Shown: positions 14,154-32,350, counted from the stretch's first letter. The stretch is 64,000 nucleotides of DNA from the human T2T-CHM13v2.0 reference genome, Homo sapiens (GCF_009914755.1 NC_060932.1); one strand, 5' to 3'. Notes: generated by a model not told the origin, from the letters alone. Made by a program: numbers and translations.

Positions 14154-14421
14154 TTTTTTTTTTATTTTTATTTTTTTATTATACTTTAAGATTTAGGGTA
14201 CCTGTGCACATTGTGCAGGTTAGTTACATATGTATACATGTGCCATGCTGGTGCGCTGCACCCACTAACTCATCTAGCATTAGGTATATCTCCCAATGCT
14301 ATCCCTCCCCCCTCCCCCCACCCCACCACAGTCCCCAGAGTGTGATATTCCCCTTCCTGTGTCCATGTGAACTCATTGTTCAATTCCCACCTATGAGTGA
14401 GAATATGCGGTGTTTGGTTTT
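14154..14421 (-). mobile_element. L1PA2-type 5'-truncated insertion (3'UTR only)
   Basis: Patterned poly(T) tail then near-identity to the 3'UTR of the full-length element at 20690; TSD at most GTTTT. Confidence 0.92.
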
Positions 14422-14618
14422 AAATAAAGTGTTTTGCACAATACCTTGCATATACCAGACACACCAATATTTGAAATTATTATCATCATCTTACTCACTT
14501 AAATAGGATCCTTTCATCTGAAATCCAGAAATGATAAAAGAATCCTGTAATCAGTGTTTCTTCACTATCAGTCTATTACATAATGTGATAAACAATAAAA
14601 ATCACTCACTCTCATGCA

Positions 14619-14662
<44 letters not shown>
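14619..14662. repeat. (CA)n microsatellite
   Basis: About 22 perfect CA units. Confidence 0.97.
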
Positions 14663-14665
<3 letters not shown>

Positions 14666-16024
14666 CATCTCAAAATTATGATATATTTTCTTTGGTATTG
14701 CGAGGCAGTAGTACCTGAGAATAAGCCTCATTTATAATCACTGTATTTGCCATCTGCTTCCACCAATTAAGATAACAGTTTGTGATTTAAAAGTGGTGAC
14801 TTTTTCCCAAATATAAAATTGTATCTGAATATTAATCCAATTTTTTTCTGAACAGGTAGCCTGAAGAATCCCTGAAATGGCTAATTTCCAGATATTGGGA
14901 ATCTGGAATTCGAAGCCCAAAGAGGACACAGGACCTGCCCAAGTATACACAGCTTGTTGTTGACAGAACCAGAACAACACACAGTTCTCTTTTCTTCCAG
15001 AAAAGTGGGGCTGGTTCCATTTCTCACTCCTGTCTTCCTTTGGATGGAGGAAAATGATAATGAAACCTAACATAATGCCTATTTCAACTTCAGAAATTTT
15101 CCTCAAATAATTGAATCAGTAGGTTTGAGGCTTCTTGGGAATCATTATGTTAGACCTGAAACAGAAATAGCCAATCCCTTGGTTGAAACGTGTTACATTT
15201 AAATTGATACTGCTTTTCCCCAAAGTGCAATTAGAAAAGACAAAGACCTACTTCTGTAAATGTTGTTAAGGGAAAATGGAGCAGGTGTCTCCTTTCTTTC
15301 ATTTCTCTGGGTCAGTTGTACTCCTGAAGTCTCTCTCTGTTTAGATGTCTATTGTTGTTCTCGGTTGCCAGGGATGATTCTCCCAGTGGCTGCTGAGGAT
15401 TGCTTTAGGTGAAAAGATAAATTCACAGGGCCAGGGAAAGGGGCAACCTCAAATGTGCCAGACACGTCCCATACACTGACTCCTTCAGGCTTCACAACCA
15501 CACTGGAGGCCACGCATTATGTTTCCTGTATGTATTATTTCATCCATTTGTCTAATAGAATATTATTTAATGTCCATTAAGTTCCAGCACTGTGGAAGCA
15601 GTGATGAGACTGAATAAAAGAGACACTGTCCCTGTCTCTGTGGATCTTGCTTTCTGGCAGAAGAGCTGGACAGTAAATGAATAATTAAATACAATTTTCA
15701 CTGTCAACCCCATTTTATAGATGAGGAGGCTGAGGCTCAGTTGGTTAAAGTACCTGGCAGGAGCCATTCACCAATTAACCAGGAGAATGTAAGGTCCACA
15801 GCTTGCCCATGTTCCACCACACTGACCCTTAGCATTATGTTTCTGGAGAGAATAAACAGATAGGAATCTCAAGGGGTCCCTTCCTTTCAGAACACAAAGA
15901 AGGTTGAGCCATCACCAACAAACACAGGCAAATGCAGAGCACCAACAGCCTGAGGTAAAAACCACCACAGGATACTCACGGTTTCACTTTTTTTTTTTTT
16001 TAACAGAACTCCTCAGTAGCCTTT

Positions 16025-16990
16025 TAATTTTATTTTATTTTTAATAGACTTTACTTTTTAGAGCAGTTTTAGGTTCATAGCAAATTTAGGCAGAAAGTAC
16101 AAAGAACCATACATGATGGCTTCCTCCACCATCAACATTCTGGACCACAGTGGTACATTTGTTACAACTGATGAACCTACATTGACACATCATTATCACC
16201 CAAAGTCTATAGTTCACACAAGGGTTTACTGTTAGGTGAGTGAACCCTAATGTGAACTGAGTGAACCCTAATGTGAACCCCTTATATCTCTTAAACTAGG
16301 GTTGCATATTCTATGGTGATACAGTTTGGCTTTATGTCCCCACCCAAATCTCATCTTGAATTGTAATCTGCACATGTCAAGGAAGGGAGGTGATTGGATC
16401 ATGGGGGTGATTTCCTCCATGCTGATCTCATGACAGTGAGTGAGTTCTCATGAGATCTGATGGTTGATAAGCATCTGGCATTTCCCCTGCATGCACTTCT
16501 CTCTCCTGCCGCCATGTGAAGAAGGTCCTTGCTTCCCCTTCTCCTTCCACCATAGTTATAAGTTTCCTGAGGCCTCCCCAGCCATGTTAAACTGTGGGTC
16601 AAATAAACCTCCTTTGTCTATAAATTACCCAGTATCAGGTAGTATCTTTATAGCAGTGTGATAATGGCCTAATACATATGGATTTGGGCAAATGTATAAT
16701 CACATGTATGGACCATTATAATATGAAACAGAGTAGTTTCACTGCCCTAAAAATCCTCTTTACTCCACCTATTCATTTCTTCCTCCTCCTTGATGCTGGA
16801 AATCCACTGATCTTTTACTATGTCATAGTTTTGTCTTTTTCCAGAATATTGTAAAGTTGGAATCTACAATATGTAGCCTTTTCAGATTGGCTTCTTTCAC
16901 TTGGTAATTTGCAAGTTTCTTCCATGTCTTTTGATGACTTCATAGCTCATTTCTTTATAGTGCTGAATAGTACTCCATTGTGTAGATGTG
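16025..16990 (-). mobile_element. L1MC/L1MB-like 3' fragment interrupted by THE1
   Basis: TTTTTAGAGCAGTTTTAGGTTCA, GATGAACCTACATTGACACATCATTATCACCCAAAGTC, CAGATTGGCTTCTTTCACT. Confidence 0.8.
16317..16676 (+). mobile_element. THE1 (C/D-like) solo LTR
   Basis: TGATACAGTTTGGC...CTAATACA; 5-bp TSD TATGG. Confidence 0.92.
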
Positions 16991-17317
16991 TAGTTCTGTA
17001 CAATTTTAATTCTGTTTGCTCCAGCAATTATCTTTGCAATTAAGAGCACCAGCTCAACTAAGGGGAGTTTAAAAAGAAGACACACACAATAAAATCTAAA
17101 AAGATATGAAATAAAGAAAAAGGGAAGCAATCTGAAAAGGGATAGTGCTGGGAGCCCAAGACACACATTTTACACATTACATAAATTCTGAGAGCCTCAA
17201 ATTTCTCACCTGTGAAATGCCTGTGGTAATAGTAACAGTCACTTCATACTGTTTCTATGGTGAGTAAATAAGCTGAAATATGAAGTCATCTAGGAGGATG
17301 TTAGGCACCAACAGGTG

Positions 17318-17662
17318 TGTATGAGTCAGAATTCTCCAAAGAAACAGAACCAATAGATATATATGGAAAGGAGATCTATTGGGGGTATTGGCTCACACAA
17401 TCAGAGGTAAAGTCATAGAGATGATAGGCTGTCTGCAAGATGGAGAACCAGAGAGGCCAGTAGTGTGGCTCCCAGGAAAGCCTGTACCATGGCTCAGGGC
17501 AAGTCCAAAACCTCAGAACTGGGGAAGTTGACAGTGGAGTCCTAGTGTGAGGCTAAAGGCCTGAGAACCTCAGGAGACCATGGGTTCGAATCCCAGAATC
17601 AAGAAGCCAAAGACCCTGGAGTCTGATATCAAGGGCAGGAGAAGAAAAAGGCATCCCACTCT

Positions 17663-17693
<31 letters not shown>

Positions 17694-17916
17694 CAAGAGA
17701 GAGATGAGTATCCCTCTTCTTCTGCCTGCTTTTTCTTAGAGGGGCCCCCAGCCAACTGGATACTGCCTGTTCACATTGAGGGCAGGTCTTAGTTCACTGA
17801 CTCCCATGTCAATCACCTCTGGAAACACCCTCACAGACACACCCAGAATAACACTTCACCAGCCATCTAGGCATCCCTTGATCCAGTCAAGTTGACATCT
17901 GATATTAACCATTACA
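17318..17916 (-). mobile_element. MLT2 (ERVL) solo LTR with internal (GA)n
   Basis: TGTATGAGTCAGAATTCTCCAAAGAAACAGAACCAATAG...CAAGTTGACA..ATTAACCATTACA; TSD AGGTG. Confidence 0.88.
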
Positions 17917-18182
17917 AGGTGTTTCTTTCTTTGCTCTTGAACATAGAAAACAGTCAATAGTGCTTTCTACACTATGGTTAAGGTACGTTCCTGTAGCCTT
18001 TACTTTTATCCACATGATGTTTTGCTTGTGTTAAGAAAGATCTGCTATTCCCTAGACTAGACCCTTTGGGCATTTTTCAGACTAATGCTCTGGGGTGCAT
18101 ACGTTGTGCAGCAAACGTATGACATATTTTCTCAAATTTACATAAAGTTACTTTTGCTTCAGTGTACTTATTGCAAGCTTTT

Positions 18183-18472
18183 TTTTTTTTTGAGATGGAG
18201 TCTTACTCTGTCGCCCAGGCTGGAATGCAGTGGTCCAATCACGGCTCACTGAAAGCTCTGTCTGCCGGGTTCATGCCATTCTCCTGCCTCAGCCTCCTGA
18301 GTAGCTGGGACTATAGGTGCCTGCCACCACACCCGGCTAATTTTTTGTATTTTTAGTAGAAACGGGGTTTCATCGTGTTAGCCAGGATGGTCTCGATCTC
18401 CTGACCTCGTGATCTACCCGCCTCGGCCTCCCAAAGTGCTGGGATTACAGGCGTGAGCCACCGCGCCTGGCC
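18183..18472 (-). mobile_element. AluY
   Basis: GTTAGCCAGGATGGTCTCGATCTCCTGACCTCGTG; TSD GCAAGCTTTT. Confidence 0.92.
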
Positions 18473-18700
18473 GCAAGCTTTTATTCAGAAACTTTTACGC
18501 ATTCATTTCCCCTGATAGGCTGAGTTTTTAGAAAGCTCATACTATATCTTATTCCTCTTCGTGTTCCTGGTAAACAGCCTGCTACATATTGGATGCTGAT
18601 TAAATACTTGCTAAACAGAGAGTAAACTTAGATTATTAAAGTCCAATGCGGACTTAATATAAACATCCTAAAAATATCTTTTTTCACCCCATACTGTAAT

Positions 18701-18905
18701 ACTGGGTTTCTCAGCCTCACCACTGTTGACATTTTGGATGGGATAATTCTTTGTCATAAGGCCGTGAGCTGTTTAGCAACATCTCAGCCTTTATCCACTA
18801 GACACCAGTGGCAATCCCTCCCCTGTGCTGTGACAACCAAAAACGTCTCCAGACACTGCCCAATGTCCACTGGGAGGCAAAATCACCCCTGATTGAGAAC
18901 TGCTA
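18701..18905 (-). mobile_element. MER20 (hAT-Charlie)
   Basis: GTGACAACCAAAAACGTCTCCAGACACTGCC..GGCAAAATCACCCCTGATTGAGAAC. Confidence 0.85.
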
Positions 18906-19123
18906 TTGTAAGATAACTTGTTAATCATCTCACCCACCATACATTTCCAATTAAACTTTTATCCACTCCACAAAATATCCTGACTTCCTTTTCTTATTTA
19001 GTAGTATGGACTCCCTGGATTCCCAATGACTCAAGCTTAAAACCCTAAAGACTTCTGTGACTTCTTTTTGCCTTTGTTTTCTCGCATCAGATCAGTGGTT
19101 AAAAGTCTTGAAAGCTCTACACT

Positions 19124-19303
19124 CAGGCAGCTAGATAAAATAGTTAAATTTGAATTCCAGAGAAGCAATAAATAATATTTTTGTGTAAGTATGTTTCAAA
19201 CGTTGCAGGGGAGAGGTAAACTAAAAAAAGTTTTTGTTGTTTATCTGATATTGAAATTTAACTGTGTGCCCCGTGTTTTTATTTGCTAAGTCTGACAGTC
19301 CTA
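19124..19303. mobile_element. MER53 palindromic hAT MITE
   Basis: Long imperfect palindrome AGTTAAATTTGAATTCCAGA...TCTGATATTGAAATTTAACT. Confidence 0.8.
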
Positions 19304-19509
19304 TTCTATGCCTAAATTGCCTCTCAAATTCGTTCAACTTTTTCTTTTCCTGAGGACAACATCTTAGCTCAAGCCTTAATTACCATTTGCCTGGATAGTT
19401 CTGATGGTCTCTTTATTCATCAGCAAGCTTTTGGCTTTAAGTGCTATGAAACCTTGATGCTCCTGGCTAAAATGATAAGAAAATTTATTTTCTCTAAAAT
19501 AACACATCC

Positions 19510-19890
19510 ATAGTGGTTCTAGGCACAACGGTAAGATTGCAGCTCAGCTTCTCTGCAATCTCTTGGTTCTTTATAACTCATGGGTCAGTCTCGCCCACTG
19601 ACTGGTCCTCTCTTCTATGTGTTTCTTTTTTTATTTTATTATTATTATTAGCAAAAATCCCATATGTCTCCACAGGCCAAAACTCTAACACGTGTCCATG
19701 CTTAATCCATGCTTAAACCAATTCTTGGAAGGACCTCTGGAATTATTTTGGCTAAGCAGGATCCAGTTCCTGAGGCTTGGGCTAACCTCCTCTGCAGTAC
19801 CTGGCTGTGTAGAAGAGTGAGGAAGCCAGAATGAAACTGAGGATTGATTTGAGAGGAATGGGGTAGGGAGATGGGATTTGGATATGTAAC
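19510..19890 (-). mobile_element. Old MLT1J/K/L-like LTR remnant
   Basis: CAGCTCAGCTTCTCTGC, GTCCATGCTTAAACCAAT; resembles the remnant at 52430-52910. Confidence 0.4.
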
Positions 19891-20259
19891 TGACACTGCA
19901 TTACAGCCTCCTAATTGGATTCTCTACTTAATGTTTCTATTTTTTCAAAGCATATTTTACTTTGCTGCCATTTATCTAATGAACATTTGTTGAGTATCTA
20001 CTTCATGCCAGATACTGATAGATAAATTTTCCAGAGACACAAATCTCTGCATACTCTCCCACTCTGAAAGCTTCAATGGCTCTCCCTGGCTTATCTAATT
20101 AAATATCCACTTGTCACCTTGTCATTCAAGGTTTGAATCTTGTGTTCTTCGTGACTCACACTATGCTCAGTCAAGAGGCACTCAGTGTTTTCTAAAGATG
20201 CTGTCTGTTTTTATGACTGCTTTTCCTTATCCTAATTGATCCTTTAAACAGTAAAATGC

Positions 20260-20661
<402 letters not shown>

Positions 20662-20905
20662 CTATATTAGATGGCAGAAATTCCCTTCTTTTTTTTTTTT
20701 ATTATACTTTAAGTTTTAGGGTACATGTGCACATTGTGCAGGTTAGTTACATATGTATACATGTGCCATGCTGGTGTGCTGCACCCACTAACTCACCATC
20801 TAGCATTAGGTATATCTCCCAATGCTATCCCTCCCCGCTCCCGCCACCCCACCACAGTCCCCAGAGTGTGATGTTGCCCTTCCTGTGTCCATATGTTCTC
20901 ATTGT

Positions 20906-24759
<3,854 letters not shown>

Positions 24760-24795
24760 TTAGTTGATGCAGTTTCTTCCTAGTCTCGATGGTCT

Positions 24796-25811
24796 TTACA
24801 TTTTGGCATGATTTTGCAGCGGCTGGTACCGGTTGTTCCTTTCCATGTTTAGCGCTTCCTTCAGGAGCTCTTTTAGGGCAGGCCTGGTGGTGACAAAATC
24901 TCTCAGCATTTGCTTGTCTGTAAAGGATTTTATTTCTCCTTCATTTATGAAGCTTAGTTTGGCTGGATATGAAATTCTGGGTTGAAAATTCTTTTCTTTA
25001 AGAATGTTGAATATTGGCCCCCACTCTCTTCTGGCTTGTAGGGTTTCTGTCGAGAGATCTGCTGTTAGTCTGATGGGCTTCCCTTTGAGGGTAACCCGAC
25101 CTTTCTCTCTGGCTGCCCTTAACATTTTTTCCTTCATTTCAACTTTGGTGAATCTGACAATTATGTGTCTTGGAGTTGCTCTTCTCGAGGATATCTTTGT
25201 GGTATTATCTGTATTTCCTGAATCTGAATGTTGGCCTGCCTTGCTAGATTGGGGAAGTTCTCCTGGATAATATCCTGCAGAGTGTTTTCCAACTTGGTTC
25301 CATTCTCCCCATCACTTTCAGGTACACCAATCAGACGTAGATTTGGTCTTTTCACATAGACCCATATTTCTTGGAGGCTTTGCTCATTTCTTTTTATTCT
25401 TTTTTCTCTAAACTTCCCTTCTCGTTTCATTTCATTCATTTCATCTTCCATCGCTGATACCCTTTCTTCCAGTTGATCGCATTGGCTCCTGAGGCTTCTG
25501 CATTCTTCACGTAGTTCTCAAGCCTTGGTTTTCAGCTCCATCAGCTCCTTTAAGCACTTCTCTGTATTGGTTATTCTAGTTATACATTCTTCTAAATTTT
25601 TTTCAAAGTTTTCAACTTCTTTGCCTTTGGTTTGAATGTCCTCCCATAGCTCAGAGTAATTTGATCGTCTGAAGCCTTCTTCTCTCAGCTCGTCAAAGTC
25701 ATTCCCCATCCAGCTTTGTTCCGTTGCTGGTGAGGAACTGCGTTCCTTTGGAGGAGGAGAGGCACTCTGCATTTTAGAGCTTCCAGTTTTTCTGTTCTGT
25801 TTTTTCCCCAT
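24796..25811 (-). pseudogene. L1 ORF1p, disrupted
   Basis: MGKKQNRKTG start and NHAKM end; CGA>TGA stop at 25518-25520 and a 1-bp deletion near 25191. Confidence 0.95.
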
Positions 25812-26717
25812 CTTTGTGGTTTGATCTACTTTTGGTCTTTGATGATGGTGATGTACCGATGGGTTTTTGGTGTGGATGTCCTTTCTGTTTGTTAGTTTTC
25901 CTTCTAACAGACAGGACCCTCAGCTGCAGGTCTGTTGGAATACCCTGCCGTGTGAGGTGTCAGTGTGCCCCTGCTGGGGGGTGCCCCCCAGTTAGGCTGC
26001 TCGGGGGTCAGGGGTCAGGGACCCACTTGAGGAGGCAGTCTGCCCTTTCTCAGATCTCCAGCTGCGTGCTGGGAGAACCACTGCTCTCTTCAAAGCTGTC
26101 AGACAGGGACATTTAAGTCTGCAGAGGTTACTGCTGTCTTTTTGTTTGTCTGTGCCCTGCCCCCAGAGGTGGAGCCTACAGAGGCAGGCAGGCCTCCTTG
26201 AGCTGTGGTGGGCTCCACCCATTTCAAGCTTCCCGACTGCTTTGTTTACCAAAGCAAGCCTGGGCAATGGCGGGCGCCCCTCCCCCAGCCTCGCTGCCGC
26301 CTTGCAGTTTGATCTCAGACTGCCGTGCTAGCAATCAGCGAGACTCTGTGGGCGTAGGACCCTCCGAGCCAGGTGCGGGATATAGTCTCGTGGTGCGCCG
26401 TTTTTTAAGCCGGTCCGAGAAGCGCAATATTCGGGTGGGAGTGACCCGATTTTCCAGGTTCGTCCGTCACCCCTTTCTTTGACTCGGAAAGGGAACTCCC
26501 TGACCCCTTGCACTTCCCCAGTGAGGCAATGCCTCGCCCTGCTTCGGCTCGTGCACGGTGTGCGCACCCACTGACCTGCGCCCACTGTCTGGCACTCCCT
26601 ATTGAGATGAACCCAGTACCTCAGATGGAAATGCAGAAATCACCCGTCTTCTGCATTGCTCACGCTGGGAGCTGTAGACCAGAGCTGTTCCTATTCAGCC
26701 ATCTTGGCTCCTCCCTC
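25812..26717 (-). promoter_or_regulatory. L1 5'UTR: internal sense promoter, YY1 site and antisense promoter
   Basis: CAAGATGGC YY1 motif at the 5' end; CpG-rich segment about 26270-26670; short UTR form (GGAATACCCTGCC junction) lacking the 129-bp ZNF93-bound segment. Confidence 0.85.
26267..26482 (+). CDS. ORF0: L1 ORF0 (antisense 71-aa ORF), intact
   Basis: MAGAPPPASLPPCSLISDC...RFSRFVRHPFL*; Kozak context GCAATGG; splice donors at 26373 and 26458. Confidence 0.85.
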   Translation: MAGAPPPASLPPCSLISDCRASNQRDSVGVGPSEPGAGYSLVVRRFLSRSEKRNIRVGVTRFSRFVRHPFL

Positions 26718-26732
26718 CAGAAATTCCCTTCT

Positions 26733-28400
26733 ATTCCTATTTTTTGTGTGTTTTTATCATGACCAGATATTGGATTTTGTCAAATACTGTTTCCACATCT
26801 ATTGAAATGATCATGTGGTTTTTGTTTTTTATTCTATTGATATGATATGTTACATTAATTGATTAATTTACATATTAAGCCAATGCTGCATTTCTGTTAT
26901 AAGTCTCACTTGGTTGTCATACACATTGTTTAAAATATGTTGCTGGCTTCCATTTGCTATAATTTTGCTGAGGAATTCTGCATACCTTTTCATAGATATA
27001 TTGATTTACAGTTTTCTTTTCTTGTAAAATTTTTGTCTACTTCTGATATTAAGGAAATTTTGGCCTCATAGAATGAGTTGGGAAGTGTTCCCTCTTCTGT
27101 TATTTTTTGGAAGAGTTTATGAAGTATTGATATTAATTTTTCTATAAATGTTTGACGGAATTTAACATTGAAGGCATCTGAGCCTAAGCTATTTTTGTGG
27201 GTAGTTTTGTTGTCATTGCTGTTGTGTTTGTTTCGTTTTTTAATTAGTAATTCATTCTCTTTATTTATTATGGGTCTATTTAGATTATCTTTTTCAAATT
27301 GAGTCAATTTCAGAAATTTGTCGCTTTCATCTAATTTGTCTAACCTATTGGCATACACTTGTTCATGGTATTATTCTATAAACCTTTTTATTTCTGTAAG
27401 GTTGGTAGTAATGTCCCTTCATTTCTGATTTTAGTAATTTGAACCTTCTCTTTTCTTTTTGGTCAATCTTGCTGAAGGTTTGTCAATTTTGCTTATCTTT
27501 TCAAAGAACCAACTTTTGATTCTGTTGATTTTTTTCCTATTGTTTCATATTTTTTATTTCATAAATGTATGCTCTTATTTTTTACTTGTATAAATTTATG
27601 GGGTATAAGTGAAATTTTGTTACATGCATAGATTACATGGTAGTGAAGTCAGGGTTTTACAGTATGCTTCACTCAAATAATACACATTGTACCCATTAAG
27701 TAATGCTGTAATCTTTATTAGTTTCTTCCTGCCACTTGGTTTAGGTTTAATTTGCTCTTATTTTTCCAGTATCTTAAGGTGGAAAGTTGGGTTATTGATT
27801 TGAGATCTTTCTCATTATTATTTTAATACAGGCAATTATAGCTCTAAATTTCTGTCTAAGCACTCCTTTAGCTGCATTCCATATGTTCTTCTTATGTTAT
27901 ATCTTCATCTCCATTAATTTCAAACTATTTCCTAATTCCCCATGTAATTTTTCTTTGATTAATTGGTTATATAGGAATGCGTTGTTAAATTTCCACATAA
28001 TTTCTAGTTTTTCATGTTCCTTTTCATTATTGGTTTCCAATTTCATCCTGTAGTTCTCAGAATCAAATTTAAATTTAATTCCTTTAAGATTTATTGGGGT
28101 TTATTTGGGGAGGGGGGCTAGAATATGGTTATTCCTGGAGAATATTTATGTGCACATGAGAAGGATATATAATTTGATGTTGATGATTGCATGTTCTATA
28201 GATGTTTGTTAGGACCAGTTGGTTTATTTGTATTCTTCATCTTCCATTTATTTGTTGGTCTGCTGCCTGGTTGTTCTATCCATTATTGAAAATGGATTGT
28301 TATAGTTTCCAAGTGTTATTATTAAATTCTTTATTTCTTTCTTCATTTCTACCTGTTTCAGTTTCATGTATTTTGGTGCTCTATGATGAGGTATAACCAA
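26733..28400 (-). mobile_element. Older L1M/L1MA ORF2 fragment that received the L1PA2 (continues at ~20630-20674)
   Basis: Decayed ORF2 peptide at 26990-27358 (YANRLDKLDESDKFL...[11 protein letters not shown]); sequence is continuous across the L1PA2 TSD; nested L1MA 3' piece at ~27575-27705. Confidence 0.85.
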
Positions 28401-28409
28401 TACTTTTAA

Positions 28410-29910
<1,501 letters not shown>

Positions 29911-30114
29911 GAAGCCAATACTTTTTAATAAAAGAGAATAGAAAACCTTAGAATGTATTTTTTGCAGTCCAGTTAAGCAATGTTTGAGTAAGTATTGTTT
30001 TAGTTTTGTGTGTGGGGGGGGGTCTGTGTACATATTTTGATGTGAAATATAATTTTTATTGTAAATTGTCATCAAAGGTATTTGAAAGCCATGACTGCCA
30101 AACCCTAGTCTTTG

Positions 30115-30445
30115 CCTTTGGTCTGCCATAGCCTGTACGAAAATCCCATCCCACTTCTCTCCTTTACCTGACCGCTCTTTTCATCAGCATCAGTTTAGAT
30201 GATACTTCCTTGAAGAGGCCTTTCTTAATTCTACCTGACAAGACAAGTTAATTCTGCTGCATACTCCCATAGCTCCCTGGACTTCCTCTATTGTAGAGCT
30301 TACTAGAATGATTTATCTCCCTCTCCTTCACTCTACTGTAAGGCATGTGCGGGTGTGGATCATGTAAATCTTATTCACTGCTCCATTTCTGGCAGCAAGC
30401 AGATGCTTGGCAAGTCATTCGTGTTCAAGGAATATTTACTGAGGG
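30115..30445 (+). mobile_element. L2 3' fragment
   Basis: ACTTCCTTGAAGAGGCCTTTC, ATCTTATTCACTGCT, GTGTTCAAGGAATATTTACTGA. Confidence 0.65.
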
Positions 30446-31145
30446 CATAATGGAAGCACAGGATGGTGAAAAATGATACTTTCTATATTATCAAAGACTG
30501 GTAAATAAATATATTTATGAGAATTTACTGTGTGTTGGGCACTGTGTTAATTGCTTTACATGTATTATTTTATTTAAACATAACAATTTCATGAATGATG
30601 TATTATGGCTGTTTCCATTAGACAGAGGGAAAACTGACCCACAAGTAGGTAAAGTAACTTTTCCAATGTTACACTGTACTATTTAATAAAGAGCAAAGCA
30701 AAGATATTAGGAATTGGGGAAAAAAGAGGAATTTAGGAAAAAGGGATGATAGTGGACCAGAAAGGTCAATGAATGCTTATTATAGAAGAGAAAACTGTTT
30801 GGGGCCTTGAAGAAGGCTGAAATGTGGGGCAAAGGTGATGAGGCAGGTGAGCAGCTCATGCTTAGGGTGGGGAGTGGGGAATTAGAATTCCTCTGATGGT
30901 TCGATTTTCAAATATGCAAACTCTCAGCACAGCATCAACACATAAAAATAAAAAATTAAATTAAAAAACTCCCTTTCAAGCTAAGCAAAGCAAAACTGTA
31001 TTCGACTCCGTTCCTTCTCACAAGATCATTGGCAAGTAAGGCAGGCAAGTGGAATGACAAATTAGGATAGCTATCTGGTAAAGTGTTCCTTGTAATGGAC
31101 TAAATTCACCTCTGGGTTTTAGTGTTGAGGAAATATGAAGGCATT

Positions 31146-31159
31146 GCACCATCTAGTGG
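31146..31159 (-). promoter_or_regulatory. Candidate CTCF motif (reverse orientation)
   Basis: Minus strand CCACTAGATGGTGC, one change from CCACTAGATGGCGC; lies in unique DNA. Confidence 0.55.
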
Positions 31160-31674
31160 TTCTATTGGACCCACAGCTATTTTTTGCTTTCTCTGTTGGT
31201 TGTTACTGACGTTCTCTGAGACAATGCAGATTCTAGCTTGCTGAAGGATCAGGATAAATCTTTGTCCTTCAAGATTCTCAAAGACTGTGGTGTGTTGACA
31301 AAATAAAAAAATGAATCAAGCCTTTCAGGCACTACGGTGGATGCAGGTGTCTTGAAAGATCTGCTTTACTGCTACAAGTGCATAGAAAATCTTAGGTAGA
31401 TTTTACAAGAAAATTATTGGAAATGGTGCTGATCTTAAATTCAATAGAGAGAAAATATCTAAGAATTAACAACGGAAATAGATCTCAATGCCAGAGCTGT
31501 GAGCCACAGCTCGGGTCAGGATGGCTCAGGTTATGAGAATAAGTTGTTTCATTTGTTCCATTTCTTGGTTTTGATTAATTTTTATCTTCATTATGGTTTG
31601 TATTTTGCTGCTTTTTGAATGCCTGGCAATTTTTATTGGATATCAGATGTTGTGAATTTTACCTGATAGAGTAC

Positions 31675-32055
31675 TGCTATGGTCTTAATATTTTTAACTA
31701 CCACCCCCACCCCACCATCCCATTCATGTATTGAGACCTAATTACCCAATATGAAGGTTTTAGAAGGTGAGGACTTTGGGAAGTGACTAGCTTATGAAGG
31801 CAGAGCTTCATGAATGGGATTAGCATCCTTATAAAAGAGACACTGGAGAACTGCCTTGCCCTTCCCCATGAGACAACATGGCGAGAAGTTGCCATTTCTA
31901 TGAATCAGGAAGTGTACCTTCACTAGACACCAAATCTGCCAGCACCTTGATCTTGGACTTCTTAGTCTGCAGAACTATGAGAAATAAATGTCTATTGTTT
32001 ATAGGCCATCCAGTTTATGGTATTTTTTCAAATAGCAACCAAACAAATTAAGACA
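31675..32055 (+). mobile_element. MLT1A/MLT1A0 solo LTR
   Basis: TGCTATGG...TAAGACA; TSD AGTAC. Confidence 0.88.
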
Positions 32056-32194
32056 AGTACTGATATATTTGTATTTCTATAAATAGTATTGAACTTTGTT
32101 CTAAGACCCAGTTAATAGCTTTGACATAACTTGATCCTTTTGGGTTTTGCTTTTAAGTTTAGTTAGGTAGGAAAAAAGCAGTGCTTAGTTTAGG

Positions 32195-32350
32195 GCAGGT
32201 ACTATTTTTTTGTACTATCTACAAGCCAAGAATAGCTTTTACATTTTTAAATTATTATAAAAGAAAAAAGAATATGCAACAGGGACTCTATGTAACCCTC
32301 AAAGCCTAAAATATCCACTACCTATCCCTTTATAGAGGAAGTCTGCTAGA
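32195..32350 (+). mobile_element. MER58B fragment
   Basis: AAGCCAAGAATAGCTTTTACATTTTTAAA..AAAGCCTAAAATAT..CCCTTTATAGA. Confidence 0.6.

Noticed and set aside
16237-16278. Direct repeats as a CRISPR-like array
   Set aside because: Only two adjacent copies, no spacers, derived from the neighbouring L1 sequence
18795-18812. CTCF site in MER20
   Set aside because: Core decayed (CCACTAGACACCAG)
19124-19303. Long hairpin as a miRNA precursor
   Set aside because: Explained by the palindromic MER53 MITE; no evidence of processing from sequence alone
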